Shown one piece after another: positions 9,501 through 16,093 of a DNA stretch of 34,828 nucleotides. The notes under the pieces were generated by a model. It searched no databases and was not told the origin of the DNA. It worked only from the letters and a program-made list of their open reading frames with translations. How positions within the stretch are numbered: the first letter of the stretch is position 1; the number at the start of each line of letters is the position of its first letter. Source of the DNA: an uncultured Candidatus Peribacteria bacterium (lineage in GTDB: Bacteria > Patescibacteriota > Gracilibacteria > Peribacterales > Peribacteraceae); the NCBI GenBank assembly GCA_964558895.1, contig CAZLFU010000003.1, forward strand, positions 1-34,828, read 5' to 3'. Both the position numbers and the translations under genes were made by a program.

Positions 9501-9869
9501 CCTGAAGAACCAATAGGGGCGCCAGAAGCCACACCTGAAACTGAAGTGCAAGCTTGGGAGAGAATCGGTCGAGAATACATTGGTATAGAACCAGATGCAG
9601 AAGGTATCTATACTGTAAATAGATCGATGAAAGGAACCCCTATTCTTCTTCGCTTTAACCCAAAAAGTGGGTGGGAGTGGAATCCTAGTAAGATCCAATC
9701 CAACCCATATCCAGATCAATGGTATTCTCCAGAGCAACTTGAGGTGCCATGGTATGGTACATTTAGTCTTAATTACTTTGAAAGTAAGGCATCACCATCC
9801 GAGGAAAACCAGAAGCTTCTTAATTTATTGGCAGATTTGAATAGAGAAGCTAAGTCTTCTAGTCGATGA
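6540..9869 (+). CDS. Large hypothetical modular protein (1109 aa) with internal tandem duplications
   Basis: Uninterrupted 3.3-kb ORF. It contains two ~106-aa modules that each start ESVEPLTEEQ, and two ~300-aa modules that share SPIGRI...G.(I/V)(F/Y)F.S...IGY and T.(E/A)FQHF. No signal peptide. Confidence 0.7.
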   Translation: MRYTYSHAQRFKDAERRLVFMSFDVGDGSTSRNSDPIPDNESFNDANSGTEIPKSEDMSVDSWAKHEQEVAGQRAREVAERARKLAEIQKGPPPPSMPESALPESVEPLTEEQVADLLEKKFREAVDRLHADQDGYEQFTIDYEVDGLNDFLSTIPDSTKNGEYFVNRIYNLFEEFNDGTQIDYDETTHRFNAMYPGPKPSKTPVATPPESVEPLTEEQLINNIIDKFGALCNTVSGDEVPRLSIDAEIQLSGINELVNGLSENAKDTLKKYQLIAGFSDDTIIFYDRASNQFSYSIPREAPSSSSPRPLDDSSTQAPDVAQSGPQERIELANEYATNLQKRMNQMKSKIEISILASTPIGRIVSDGQFTARNGEIFFSSSQVQDINAIAYSIGYKTSGNDLVRGGDRIAMTNGSKYEMPLYLALDSNRNNLEDLYQASMQRMAQWENQLRSVGSVTAIEGFDKTHNVGDRTGEFKDLQKDEELQGIATKIKSGLDSDLLKKTAFGNAIDGITFLKDEEGHFYMESEKTPAFQHFCQDLWKGLPIYSRNGEGKNGTYVVELQESDKQAFIERLEWVSAAFGGEKSRAGIFGALDKDAKIPAKKAETPDVSDDTILNVNAAPETKEINELVEKLQNILIEMRAEVPNQENLLMSPIGRILNYSSFQAVGGKVYFRSTATKEIQKVATTIGYTMDDKKNLTPKNNKGAITFVEKEGEQEAYYDVPFHLAMGGKEDAEGSAMIESAKKVLGKWGRLYSEHVNTIENFEEDIAVIKPDYDKMQYDNELMSEFDAQVLHDMNGSIYKDTVIGRALNGIQIRSDTENIYLGSRKTAEFQHFYRDVLQKMNLSIPQKEESELSQISILQTESTRGDYYVKIPKANRNLLLEQFKLWRAILVSEDPESSEGKSSIDMGVVQNIASKLKQLITQENDDEESIIDGLAQMPVLELEYALNDASEVKTITLEIWNKIKSEDVGARREGLQELLAIVKKPEEPIGAPEATPETEVQAWERIGREYIGIEPDAEGIYTVNRSMKGTPILLRFNPKSGWEWNPSKIQSNPYPDQWYSPEQLEVPWYGTFSLNYFESKASPSEENQKLLNLLADLNREAKSSSR

Positions 9870-9882
9870 TAGTATCATCAAC

Positions 9883-9902
9883 TGGCCCCGTGGATGAGAC
9901 CC
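9883..9902 (-). repeat. Decayed copy of the tRNA-Leu 3' end (att-like remnant)
   Basis: tggccccgtggatgagaccc matches tggtgccgtgggtgggactc (tRNA 12197-12216) at 15 of 20 positions in the same orientation. Confidence 0.5.
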
Positions 9903-10053
9903 TCTTTGTCTCAATTTGACGACGCAAGATATTGCTCTCGCCTTTGTTTGCCTGCCTCAGGTGGAGCGGACTTCGGTAGGCAAGCAGGATACACTTCTCG
10001 TCTACATCATGGTTTACCATGAGTGAGCAGTTCGCGCACGAACTGCGAATCGA

Positions 10054-10077
10054 ATGGTAACAAGGGGGTTACTGAAT
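10054..10077 (-). repeat. 24-nt direct repeat, tRNA 3'-end-like (copy 1)
   Basis: atggtaacaagggggttactgaat is identical to 11179-11202. It can also form a small hairpin (gtaac/gttac). Confidence 0.8.
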
Positions 10078-10090
10078 GCGATATTTTCTA

Positions 10091-10096
10091 TAGGAT
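10091..10096 (+). promoter_or_regulatory. -10-like TAGGAT, 6 nt upstream of ATG
   Basis: The sequence reads taggat, then tgtttt, then ATG at 10103. Confidence 0.3.
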
Positions 10097-10102
10097 TGTT
10101 TT

Positions 10103-10735
10103 ATGGGATTAGAAGAGCATATTAAGCGCCTAAAAGAACTAGAAGCTCGCCATTTGGAGATCATTCAAAAGATGCTGGAGGCAGATGGCGGCAATGTAAG
10201 TCATATCGATCTGATAGGACTTGCTGCAATTAATAGATCTCTGTCTTTAACAAAAGCCTTCCTTTTAATGATTGAAACAAAAAATGCAATTGCAGGTATT
10301 CCACTAATTCGATTGCAGTTAGATAGTTTAATGAGATTCAACGCTTGCCGTTTTGTCGACGACACGAAGAATTTGATAGTTAATCTACTTGAAGATAAGC
10401 CTCTAAATAAAATTCAATCAAATGATGGCCAGCAACTCACTGATAAATATCTACACGAAAAACTTTCAGAATCTTATCCAGAGGCAACAAAATTTTATAA
10501 AATAACATCTGGATTTATTCATTTATCCGGAAGGCACGTTTTCGCGACAGTCGACAAAGTCGACGATAAAGAGAGAACCATTGATTTCAAATTCGATCAA
10601 AAAGAAATGGAATGGCAATCGCCTCACATAGAAGAAGCGGCAGGATGTTTTGTAGAAATTACTGAAGAGTTATTGGCTTTAGCAATCTCATATGTCCTAG
10701 CGAAGGACAAAATTGATATTACTGATTTGTACTAA
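10103..10735 (+). CDS. Hypothetical soluble, mostly helical protein (210 aa)
   Basis: Clean ORF inside the AT-rich island. No TM segment and no motif I recognise. Confidence 0.6.
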   Translation: MGLEEHIKRLKELEARHLEIIQKMLEADGGNVSHIDLIGLAAINRSLSLTKAFLLMIETKNAIAGIPLIRLQLDSLMRFNACRFVDDTKNLIVNLLEDKPLNKIQSNDGQQLTDKYLHEKLSESYPEATKFYKITSGFIHLSGRHVFATVDKVDDKERTIDFKFDQKEMEWQSPHIEEAAGCFVEITEELLALAISYVLAKDKIDITDLY

Positions 10736-10742
10736 ACCCTAT

Positions 10743-10763
10743 ATGGTAGCGTGGTGTTTACTG
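10743..10763 (-). repeat. Decayed tRNA 3'-end-like repeat
   Basis: atggtagcgtggtgtttactg matches the 24-nt repeat at 16 of 21 positions. The preceding taaaccctat resembles the sequence flanking 11179 and the flank of the tRNA. Confidence 0.5.
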
Positions 10764-10786
10764 CTTACTTCGTAGACATCATAAGC

Positions 10787-10792
10787 TAATAT
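10787..10792 (+). promoter_or_regulatory. -10-like TAATAT, 6 nt upstream of GTG start
   Basis: The sequence reads taatat, then ctaaca, then GTG at 10799. Confidence 0.35.
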
Positions 10793-10798
10793 CTAACA

Positions 10799-11164
10799 GT
10801 GAAGATTGATTTAACCTCAAAAAAATCAGAGGCCGATTGGATTAAGTCTGTTGATAAATTTTGGCTCACATTTACACCACATTTCTTTGAGTTAATCGAA
10901 TGGCTGATCGTTATTGGTCTTATTAAATATCTAAGTGAGAAATACGACTTATTAATTCTAAAAGTTATTCTTGGAATTTCTTACTTATTTCTTACTTTCT
11001 ATGTTTCGAGTGGTCTTTATTCAACAAAATTTCTTATAAGGAAAATGAAATCGCCAAGGTTAGAATTATTGATATCGTTATTGATCTCTACTCTATTTAT
11101 TTATATTTATATCAAAGTGAGCAGCCAATTAATTGAAGTAATTTCTCTATCCAATAAAACATAA
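10799..11164 (+). CDS. Small multi-pass membrane protein (121 aa, GTG start)
   Basis: Three or four hydrophobic segments (WLIVIGLI, LILKVILGISYLFLTFYVSSGL, LLISLLISTLFIYIYI). Very AT-rich. Confidence 0.5.
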   Translation: MKIDLTSKKSEADWIKSVDKFWLTFTPHFFELIEWLIVIGLIKYLSEKYDLLILKVILGISYLFLTFYVSSGLYSTKFLIRKMKSPRLELLISLLISTLFIYIYIKVSSQLIEVISLSNKT

Positions 11165-11178
11165 GTAGTAAACCCTTT

Positions 11179-11202
11179 ATGGTAACAAGGGGGTTACTGA
11201 AT
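11179..11202 (-). repeat. 24-nt direct repeat, tRNA 3'-end-like (copy 2)
   Basis: Identical to 10054-10077. It lies 15 nt after the stop of the 121-aa gene. Confidence 0.8.
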
Positions 11203-11230
11203 TCTATATTTTGCCCTGGGAGCTTACTGC

Positions 11231-12163
11231 CTAAACCGCATTTTGAATAAGTGGCCATTTGTTTTTCGCGTTTTCAAGATTAATAACTAATTTGCCGTCG
11301 ATGCGTTTTGTAGTATTTGCTGAAGAAATCCAGTAATCGAGTTGGATTTCCTTTTCCTCGGTTTGAAGAATGGCATCATGATAAATGAAGTGAAATCCTG
11401 TGCCGACTTTAAGTTCATCTATTTCTATGTAGATGTGACCTGGATGAACGCTATGTGAAAGCCATTTCTCCTTGGGCGGCTCTCCATCATAAGTGCCCCA
11501 GACAATGTCTTTTATGTGCTCTGCTGTCTCAAAACCCTTATACAGCATCGGTTTTTCAGGAGGAGAACATAATTCATTTATATGCTTGTAAAAGCGGAAC
11601 TTGCCTTCGGATTTTGAAGAGGCTGAAATATTTATAGTAATTTTACTGTCCATGAGTGATCCGTGATTATGAATGTAGCAATCAAAAAAATAGCAGTTGC
11701 GAACTTTTTCCCTGAATTCGGTAAGCTTTTTCTTATGCATCGGGACTGAATTCAAATAGTCTCGACATTGATCTTCGGAGGGCGCTATTTGGACAAATTT
11801 TAGCATTTGTTCAGGAGAATATTTTTCAAGCCACTCACCCCATTGCTTTAGAGCTGTTTCTGCCTGAGCAATATCTTCATCGGAAATCTCATATGATTCA
11901 CCGATATAGTCAAAATTTATTTTTCTTACCTCAGATGTGACTCTGTGATCAACAGGGTTTCTGTATTCTCTTGACCAAATCCTGTAGCAAGAAAATAGAA
12001 GAGCACAAAGCACGTACCATCTCATTACGACCATCTCGTATGCTTCTGGAATTGCTGGCGCTACTTTCGCAGTTGCAAGAGCTATGTATGCAAGAAAGAT
12101 TCCACCTGTGAGCCAAGTCGTCCATTCCGTAACTAAACGCCAAAGAAAAACGAAGAATTTCAT
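11231..12163 (-). CDS. Hypothetical membrane-anchored protein (310 aa)
   Basis: The N-terminus has about three TM helices (FVFLWRLV, LTGGIFLAYIALA, WYVLCALLFSCY) followed by a ~230-aa soluble domain. TAAAGT (12170-12175) lies 6 nt upstream of the ATG. Confidence 0.65.
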   Translation of the reverse strand: MKFFVFLWRLVTEWTTWLTGGIFLAYIALATAKVAPAIPEAYEMVVMRWYVLCALLFSCYRIWSREYRNPVDHRVTSEVRKINFDYIGESYEISDEDIAQAETALKQWGEWLEKYSPEQMLKFVQIAPSEDQCRDYLNSVPMHKKKLTEFREKVRNCYFFDCYIHNHGSLMDSKITINISASSKSEGKFRFYKHINELCSPPEKPMLYKGFETAEHIKDIVWGTYDGEPPKEKWLSHSVHPGHIYIEIDELKVGTGFHFIYHDAILQTEEKEIQLDYWISSANTTKRIDGKLVINLENAKNKWPLIQNAV

Positions 12164-12196
12164 GGTTACACTTTAGCCGATTTAGAAACCCATATA

Positions 12197-12281
12197 TGGT
12201 GCCGTGGGTGGGACTCGAACCCACAAGTCTTGCGACACTAGTTCCTAAGACTAGCGCGTATACCAATTCCGCCACCACGGC
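12197..12281 (-). tRNA. tRNA-Leu, anticodon UAG, class II with long variable arm, CCA encoded
   Basis: The reverse complement folds by hand. Acceptor GCCGTGG/CCACGGC. Anticodon arm CTAGT-CTTAGGA-ACTAG. Variable arm TGTCGCAAGACTT. T arm GTGGG-TTCGAGT-CCCAC. It ends ACCA. Confidence 0.9.
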
Positions 12282-12402
12282 ATGTCGCTCGTGAGCGACG
12301 TGCTAAAGCTTTTTGCCATAGCAGTCACTTTCACAAAGATCAGAAGCAGAGAGTAGCACACCAAAAAGGCTTACTACCACCGTATTCCAAAGATAATTAT
12401 CT

Positions 12403-13455
12403 TCACTCCATAGGCCAATCCTTATCGTCAAATACCGCTCCCTCCACTTTTGGATCGCGCCCCTTTTTGATGGCTTTATAGCGCTGTTCTGCCCTACGCC
12501 ACGTTGCAAACTGCTCTTCTGTAATGCGTTTTTCTCGATTATAGAGATCTCGTTCTGCATCGTGAGTCCGCTCTCGCTCGTGTCGGATAATCGAGTCTTT
12601 CTGGAGTTGTATACTGTGCTTGTGTTCAGAGAGTTCCTTTTTAAGGTCTACTTCTAGGTCTGATCGCTGTTTGATAAAACGTTTTTGGGCTATTTCCTTC
12701 TGGCGATTTTCCTCTTGTTCTAGAAGTCTTTCGGTTCTTGTACGCTCGGAAACATCGTGAATAGATTGAAGTTCCTGTTTTTTACGCTCGTATTGAAAAG
12801 CGATTTTCTGTAGATCCATTTTCTCCTTTTCATTCATGCGAGTAAGTTTTTGCCGATACTCTACCTGTAGAACTTGTTGTCTTTCTCGTTCCTGTCCTTC
12901 TAGTTCTGCTCGTTTCTTCCGAGCATCTTCTGCAATGACATGCTTTATCTGATGAGCTTCTTGCTCGGCCAGTAGTTTGAACTGAGCTGCTTTTGCTTTT
13001 GCTTCGGCGTACATACGATCTCTTTCCACAAGGGCATTATGTTTCCACTCTTCCTCTTTTACATTCCTCGCGGCCTCTTCGCTCACGCCTTCCATATACT
13101 CTTGTTGCTTTCCTTTCTCATCTTTCGCTTTTTCACGCAGCTCTTGCTCATGTAGTTCTCTTTCTTTTTTTCTCTCCTTATCTTTGAGCAATTCCTCTTT
13201 ACGCTGCTTCTCCTGCTCTGCCCATTTCTTGCGCTCCTCTCGTCTGTGTACTACCTCTTCGTCTTGTTCCTTCACCATGACGTGCTCCTGTTCCTCCTGC
13301 TTTGCAGCTTCTTCCTGATGTTTCAATTTAGATGCATCCTGTTTTTCTTTCACTTCTGCACGTAGCTCCGCACCGCGTTCGAGGGTGTCTCCAAAAGGGT
13401 TTGGATTTGGGGTTTTCTTGCCTTGATTGTTATCTGTTTGAGGGTTCGGAAACAT
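12403..13455 (-). CDS. Hypothetical highly charged E/K/R-rich protein (350 aa), probable long charged helix or coiled coil
   Basis: Uninterrupted ORF dominated by E, K, R and Q. It has a short Pro/Asn-rich N-terminus and an ordered-looking C-terminus (FATWRRAEQRYKAIKKGRDPK). Confidence 0.65.
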   Translation of the reverse strand: MFPNPQTDNNQGKKTPNPNPFGDTLERGAELRAEVKEKQDASKLKHQEEAAKQEEQEHVMVKEQDEEVVHRREERKKWAEQEKQRKEELLKDKERKKERELHEQELREKAKDEKGKQQEYMEGVSEEAARNVKEEEWKHNALVERDRMYAEAKAKAAQFKLLAEQEAHQIKHVIAEDARKKRAELEGQERERQQVLQVEYRQKLTRMNEKEKMDLQKIAFQYERKKQELQSIHDVSERTRTERLLEQEENRQKEIAQKRFIKQRSDLEVDLKKELSEHKHSIQLQKDSIIRHERERTHDAERDLYNREKRITEEQFATWRRAEQRYKAIKKGRDPKVEGAVFDDKDWPME

Positions 13456-13461
13456 CTAACC

Positions 13462-13470
13462 ATTATACCA
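13462..13470 (-). promoter_or_regulatory. Extended -10 TGGTATAAT, 6 nt upstream of ATG (leaderless candidate)
   Basis: The minus strand reads tggtataat, then ggttag, then ATG at 13455. Confidence 0.45.
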
Positions 13471-13521
13471 TAAAACAGGCTATAAATCTTGTATAATAAT
13501 TAATTGGCCTATATTTAAATT

Positions 13522-13547
13522 TCCACCTTTTTCGCGAAAAAGGTGGA
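13522..13547 (-). terminator. Strong hairpin tccaccttttt-cgcg-aaaaaggtgga
   Basis: 11-bp perfect stem with T/A runs built into the stem. It lies at the 3' end of the aspS-plus-GC-rich-element unit on the minus strand. Confidence 0.5.
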
Positions 13548-13690
13548 GCCAAAACGCAGGCGCGCCAAAGCCTCTCCGCTCGGCTCTGTGTTTCCTCGTC
13601 GGGTTCTACAGGGATTCGAACCCGACTCGTCAACATACTGCTGCGCAGCAGAGCCTTCCCCAACACCCCCCCGTGGCGCGCCACCCCTCC
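13548..13690 (-). ncRNA. Unassigned GC-rich structured element (candidate small RNA or structured 3' UTR of aspS)
   Basis: The GC content is sharply higher than the flanks. Nested complementary pairs are ggcgcgcc 13559-66/13675-82, ggctctg 13582-88/cagagcc 13649-55, and gtcgggtt 13598-605/aacccgac 13619-26. There is also a 14-nt palindrome at 13638-51. Strand is uncertain. Confidence 0.35.
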
Positions 13691-13703
13691 TTCATTCTAA
13701 TAA

Positions 13704-15467
13704 TTATTCCACAATAATTTTCACTCCCAACTCAGTAAGCTGTGCTTCTGGCATGATGGAAGGTGCACCAAGCATCAAATCTTTTGCCTTCTGGTCTTTT
13801 GGATAGGCGATCACCTCTCGGATGTTTGGCTCACCTGCAAAGATCATCGCGATACGGTCGAAGCCCCAGGCGATTCCCCCATGCGGAGGAGCGCCATACT
13901 GGAAGGCTCGTAACATGTGGCCAAAACGCCTCTCTGCGTCTTCGTCAGAAATATTCAAAATATTAAAGACACGCTTCTGCAATTCCCGCTCATGAATACG
14001 AATAGAACCTCCGCCGATTTCGCTTCCATTCAATACAACGTCATAAGCCTCTGCCTTTGCAGAAAGGGGATCTACTTCCAGAGTTTCCGTATATTCCTTT
14101 TTGGGGCGTGTAAATGGATGATGAACTGCAGCAATTGCCCCTGTTTCTTTATCTTTTTCAAACATAGGGAAGTCTGTTACCCAGCAGTAGGCAAATACAT
14201 TTGGGTCGGCCAGGTTTTGACGCTTGGCAATTTCTATACGCACGGCACCTAGACTTTCGCAGGCAGTAGCAAATTGATCTGCAGCAAAAAAGAGGATATC
14301 TCCATCCTGCACACCAATTTCACTCGCAATCTTCTTCATGGTTTCTTCACCTAGCTTATCAACGGGCACTCCTTCGAAAGCGCCATTTACCACTTTTACC
14401 CACGCGAGACCTTTTGCACCATAGATCTTGGCTACCTCTGTAAGATCATCAATATCTTTGCGGCTAAAACTTGCCCCATTGGGGACGCGGAGAGCCTTCA
14501 CAGAGCCGCCATTTTCTACAGTAGAAGCAAACACGCCAAAGCCACACCCTTTGCAGAGGCCCGTAACATCCGTAAACATGAGATCGTATCGCAAATCTGG
14601 CTTATCGGATCCATAGGTATTCATGGCTTCTTCCCATGTCATGCGAGGAAAGGGCGTCTGCTTGATTGTGATATCTGGACGCAGTTCTTTGGTGATGCTG
14701 ATGAGCGCCTCTTCGTTGAAACTCATGATATCTTCTGCCTCGATGAAAGACATCTCCACGTCTACCTGTGTAAATTCTGGCTGGCGGTCGCCACGTTGAT
14801 CTTCGTCTCGGAAACAACGTGCTATTTGCATGTAGCGGTCCAAGCCTCCAATCATCGTGAGTTGCTTTAACTGCTGTGGTGATTGTGGAAGCACGTAGAA
14901 TTGACCGTGATGGAGCCTGCTTGGTACCAGGTATTCGCGAGATCCCTCTGGCGTTCCTTTGATGAGAATCGGCGTCTCTACTTCTATAAAATCTCTACTA
15001 TAGAAGAACTTGCGTACAGCCTGCAAAAGCTTGTGTCGCAGGATGATGTTGCTCTTCATTCGCTCTCGTCGTAAATCTAAATAACGGAATTCCATGCGGA
15101 TTTCTTCGCCTACTTCTTTTGTCTGGTCGATCTCGAAAGGAGGAGTGGCAGACTCATTGAGTATTACGAGCTCTTCTACGAGCACTTCTATTGCACCAGT
15201 GGGATTATCTTCTCGCTCTGCACCTTCTAGGCGCTTGCGGACTTTGCCAGAAATTTGCAGTACCCATTCCGAGCGTACCTTCTCCGCTGCAGCAAACATG
15301 TCTTTATTGGAAGGATCGATTACAACCTGTGTAAAGCCATACCGATCGCGTAGATCGATGAAAATAAGGCCACCATGATCTCTTCTTCTGTGCACCCATC
15401 CTGCAAGCTGAACAGATGCATCCAGATGATCATTTCGTAATTCGCCGCAGGTATTTGTCCTTAACAT
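13704..15467 (-). CDS. aspS: Aspartyl-tRNA synthetase (bacterial type)
   Basis: 587 aa. It has the class II motifs (FRDEDLRADRQPEF-like CFRDEDQRGDRQPEFTQVD, GGGSIRIH, and the GFDR motif in WGFDRIAMIF) and an N-terminal OB domain. Confidence 0.93.
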   Translation of the reverse strand: MLRTNTCGELRNDHLDASVQLAGWVHRRRDHGGLIFIDLRDRYGFTQVVIDPSNKDMFAAAEKVRSEWVLQISGKVRKRLEGAEREDNPTGAIEVLVEELVILNESATPPFEIDQTKEVGEEIRMEFRYLDLRRERMKSNIILRHKLLQAVRKFFYSRDFIEVETPILIKGTPEGSREYLVPSRLHHGQFYVLPQSPQQLKQLTMIGGLDRYMQIARCFRDEDQRGDRQPEFTQVDVEMSFIEAEDIMSFNEEALISITKELRPDITIKQTPFPRMTWEEAMNTYGSDKPDLRYDLMFTDVTGLCKGCGFGVFASTVENGGSVKALRVPNGASFSRKDIDDLTEVAKIYGAKGLAWVKVVNGAFEGVPVDKLGEETMKKIASEIGVQDGDILFFAADQFATACESLGAVRIEIAKRQNLADPNVFAYCWVTDFPMFEKDKETGAIAAVHHPFTRPKKEYTETLEVDPLSAKAEAYDVVLNGSEIGGGSIRIHERELQKRVFNILNISDEDAERRFGHMLRAFQYGAPPHGGIAWGFDRIAMIFAGEPNIREVIAYPKDQKAKDLMLGAPSIMPEAQLTELGVKIIVE

Positions 15468-15474
15468 GGGCAGA

Positions 15475-15480
15475 ATTGTA
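15475..15480 (-). promoter_or_regulatory. -10-like TACAAT, 7 nt upstream of aspS ATG
   Basis: The minus strand reads tacaat, then tctgccc, then ATG at 15467. Confidence 0.4.
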
Positions 15481-15531
15481 TGGGAGTTTATGGCTTGTTG
15501 CTAGATTTATCTTTTATTTTCTGAATGACTA

Positions 15532-15556
15532 CATGATTTCATGATTTCATGATTAA
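15532..15556. repeat. Left 25-bp inverted repeat (8-mer atgatttc iterated)
   Basis: catgatttcatgatttcatgattaa is the exact reverse complement of 16094-16118. Confidence 0.85.
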
Positions 15557-15946
15557 TTAATCTGGCAATCGCTCATTTGTATATTTAATGAGGGAATTTA
15601 TGTCCTTTGGGAGTAACTGTAACTGTTGATAAGTGTAATTATATTCCTCAGTAGTAAGTAAATTGCGTATTCTTGCTTTTTCATTCCAATCAAGAGCTTC
15701 TCTTACAGAAGCGGCACTGTATCTATAGAATTTGATTCGGTCTCTTTTGCCATATCGACCAAATCCTTCTGCGATGTTTGCCGAAATAGAATCAACCGAT
15801 CGAACAAATTGCTTACCAACTGTGTCTTTTGCAAGCCAATCCCACGAAAGCACGATATTCCACACTTCATTGGAAAGGTGAAAGGCAATGCGATAAGAGC
15901 TTATTTGATTAAGTTGCATGTACTGCATAGCAGACCAAAATATCAC
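15557..15946 (-). CDS. Four-helix-bundle protein (23S rRNA intervening-sequence protein family)
   Basis: Family-typical core: VRSVDSISANIAEGFGRYGKRDRIKFYRYSAASVREALDW. The true start is uncertain (GTG at 15946, ATG at 15928 or 15919). Confidence 0.75.
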   Translation of the reverse strand: MIFWSAMQYMQLNQISSYRIAFHLSNEVWNIVLSWDWLAKDTVGKQFVRSVDSISANIAEGFGRYGKRDRIKFYRYSAASVREALDWNEKARIRNLLTTEEYNYTYQQLQLLPKDINSLIKYTNERLPD

Positions 15947-16093
15947 TTTAGAACACCTAAGAATATTCTCAGGCTTACAATCAGAAAGTCTTTATAGCGT
16001 AAAATCCGCATCAGAAAGCGACATTCCCTGTTCTTTCCAAAGAAGAACTAACCCAGCCTACTTAGAATAGCCCATCAAAACCCTCTAAACTTC

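Noticed and set aside
9865-9879. Palindrome gatgata-g-tatcatc overlapping the stop of the 1109-aa gene, considered as a terminator
   Set aside because: The loop is only 1 nt and no T-run follows. It may be a protein-binding dyad, but there is no supporting evidence.
9883-12196. Intact integrative mobile element or prophage at tRNA-Leu
   Set aside because: There is no integrase, recombinase, replication or structural gene. Only att-like remnants and three small orphan genes are present, so I call it a relic or cassette island rather than an active element.
12303-12560. 85-aa minus-strand ORF overlapping the 3' end of the ER/K protein gene
   Set aside because: It is an alternative frame of a longer, better-supported ORF and extends into the tRNA-proximal intergenic region without any start signals.
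13548-13690. tRNA or tmRNA identity suggested by GGGTTCGAATCCC on the minus strand and by GGCTCCACC near the hairpin
   Set aside because: I could build no cloverleaf. The T-like stem has only 3-4 bp, no acceptor pairing flanks it, the element is far too short for tmRNA, and the T-like loop is not adjacent to the 3' end.
13463-13806. ORFs 13463-13684 (minus) and 13543-13806 (plus) across the GC-rich segment
   Set aside because: They are Arg/Pro/Ala-rich translations typical of GC-rich non-coding sequence. One of them overlaps the aspS 3' end. The region is better explained by nested RNA helices.
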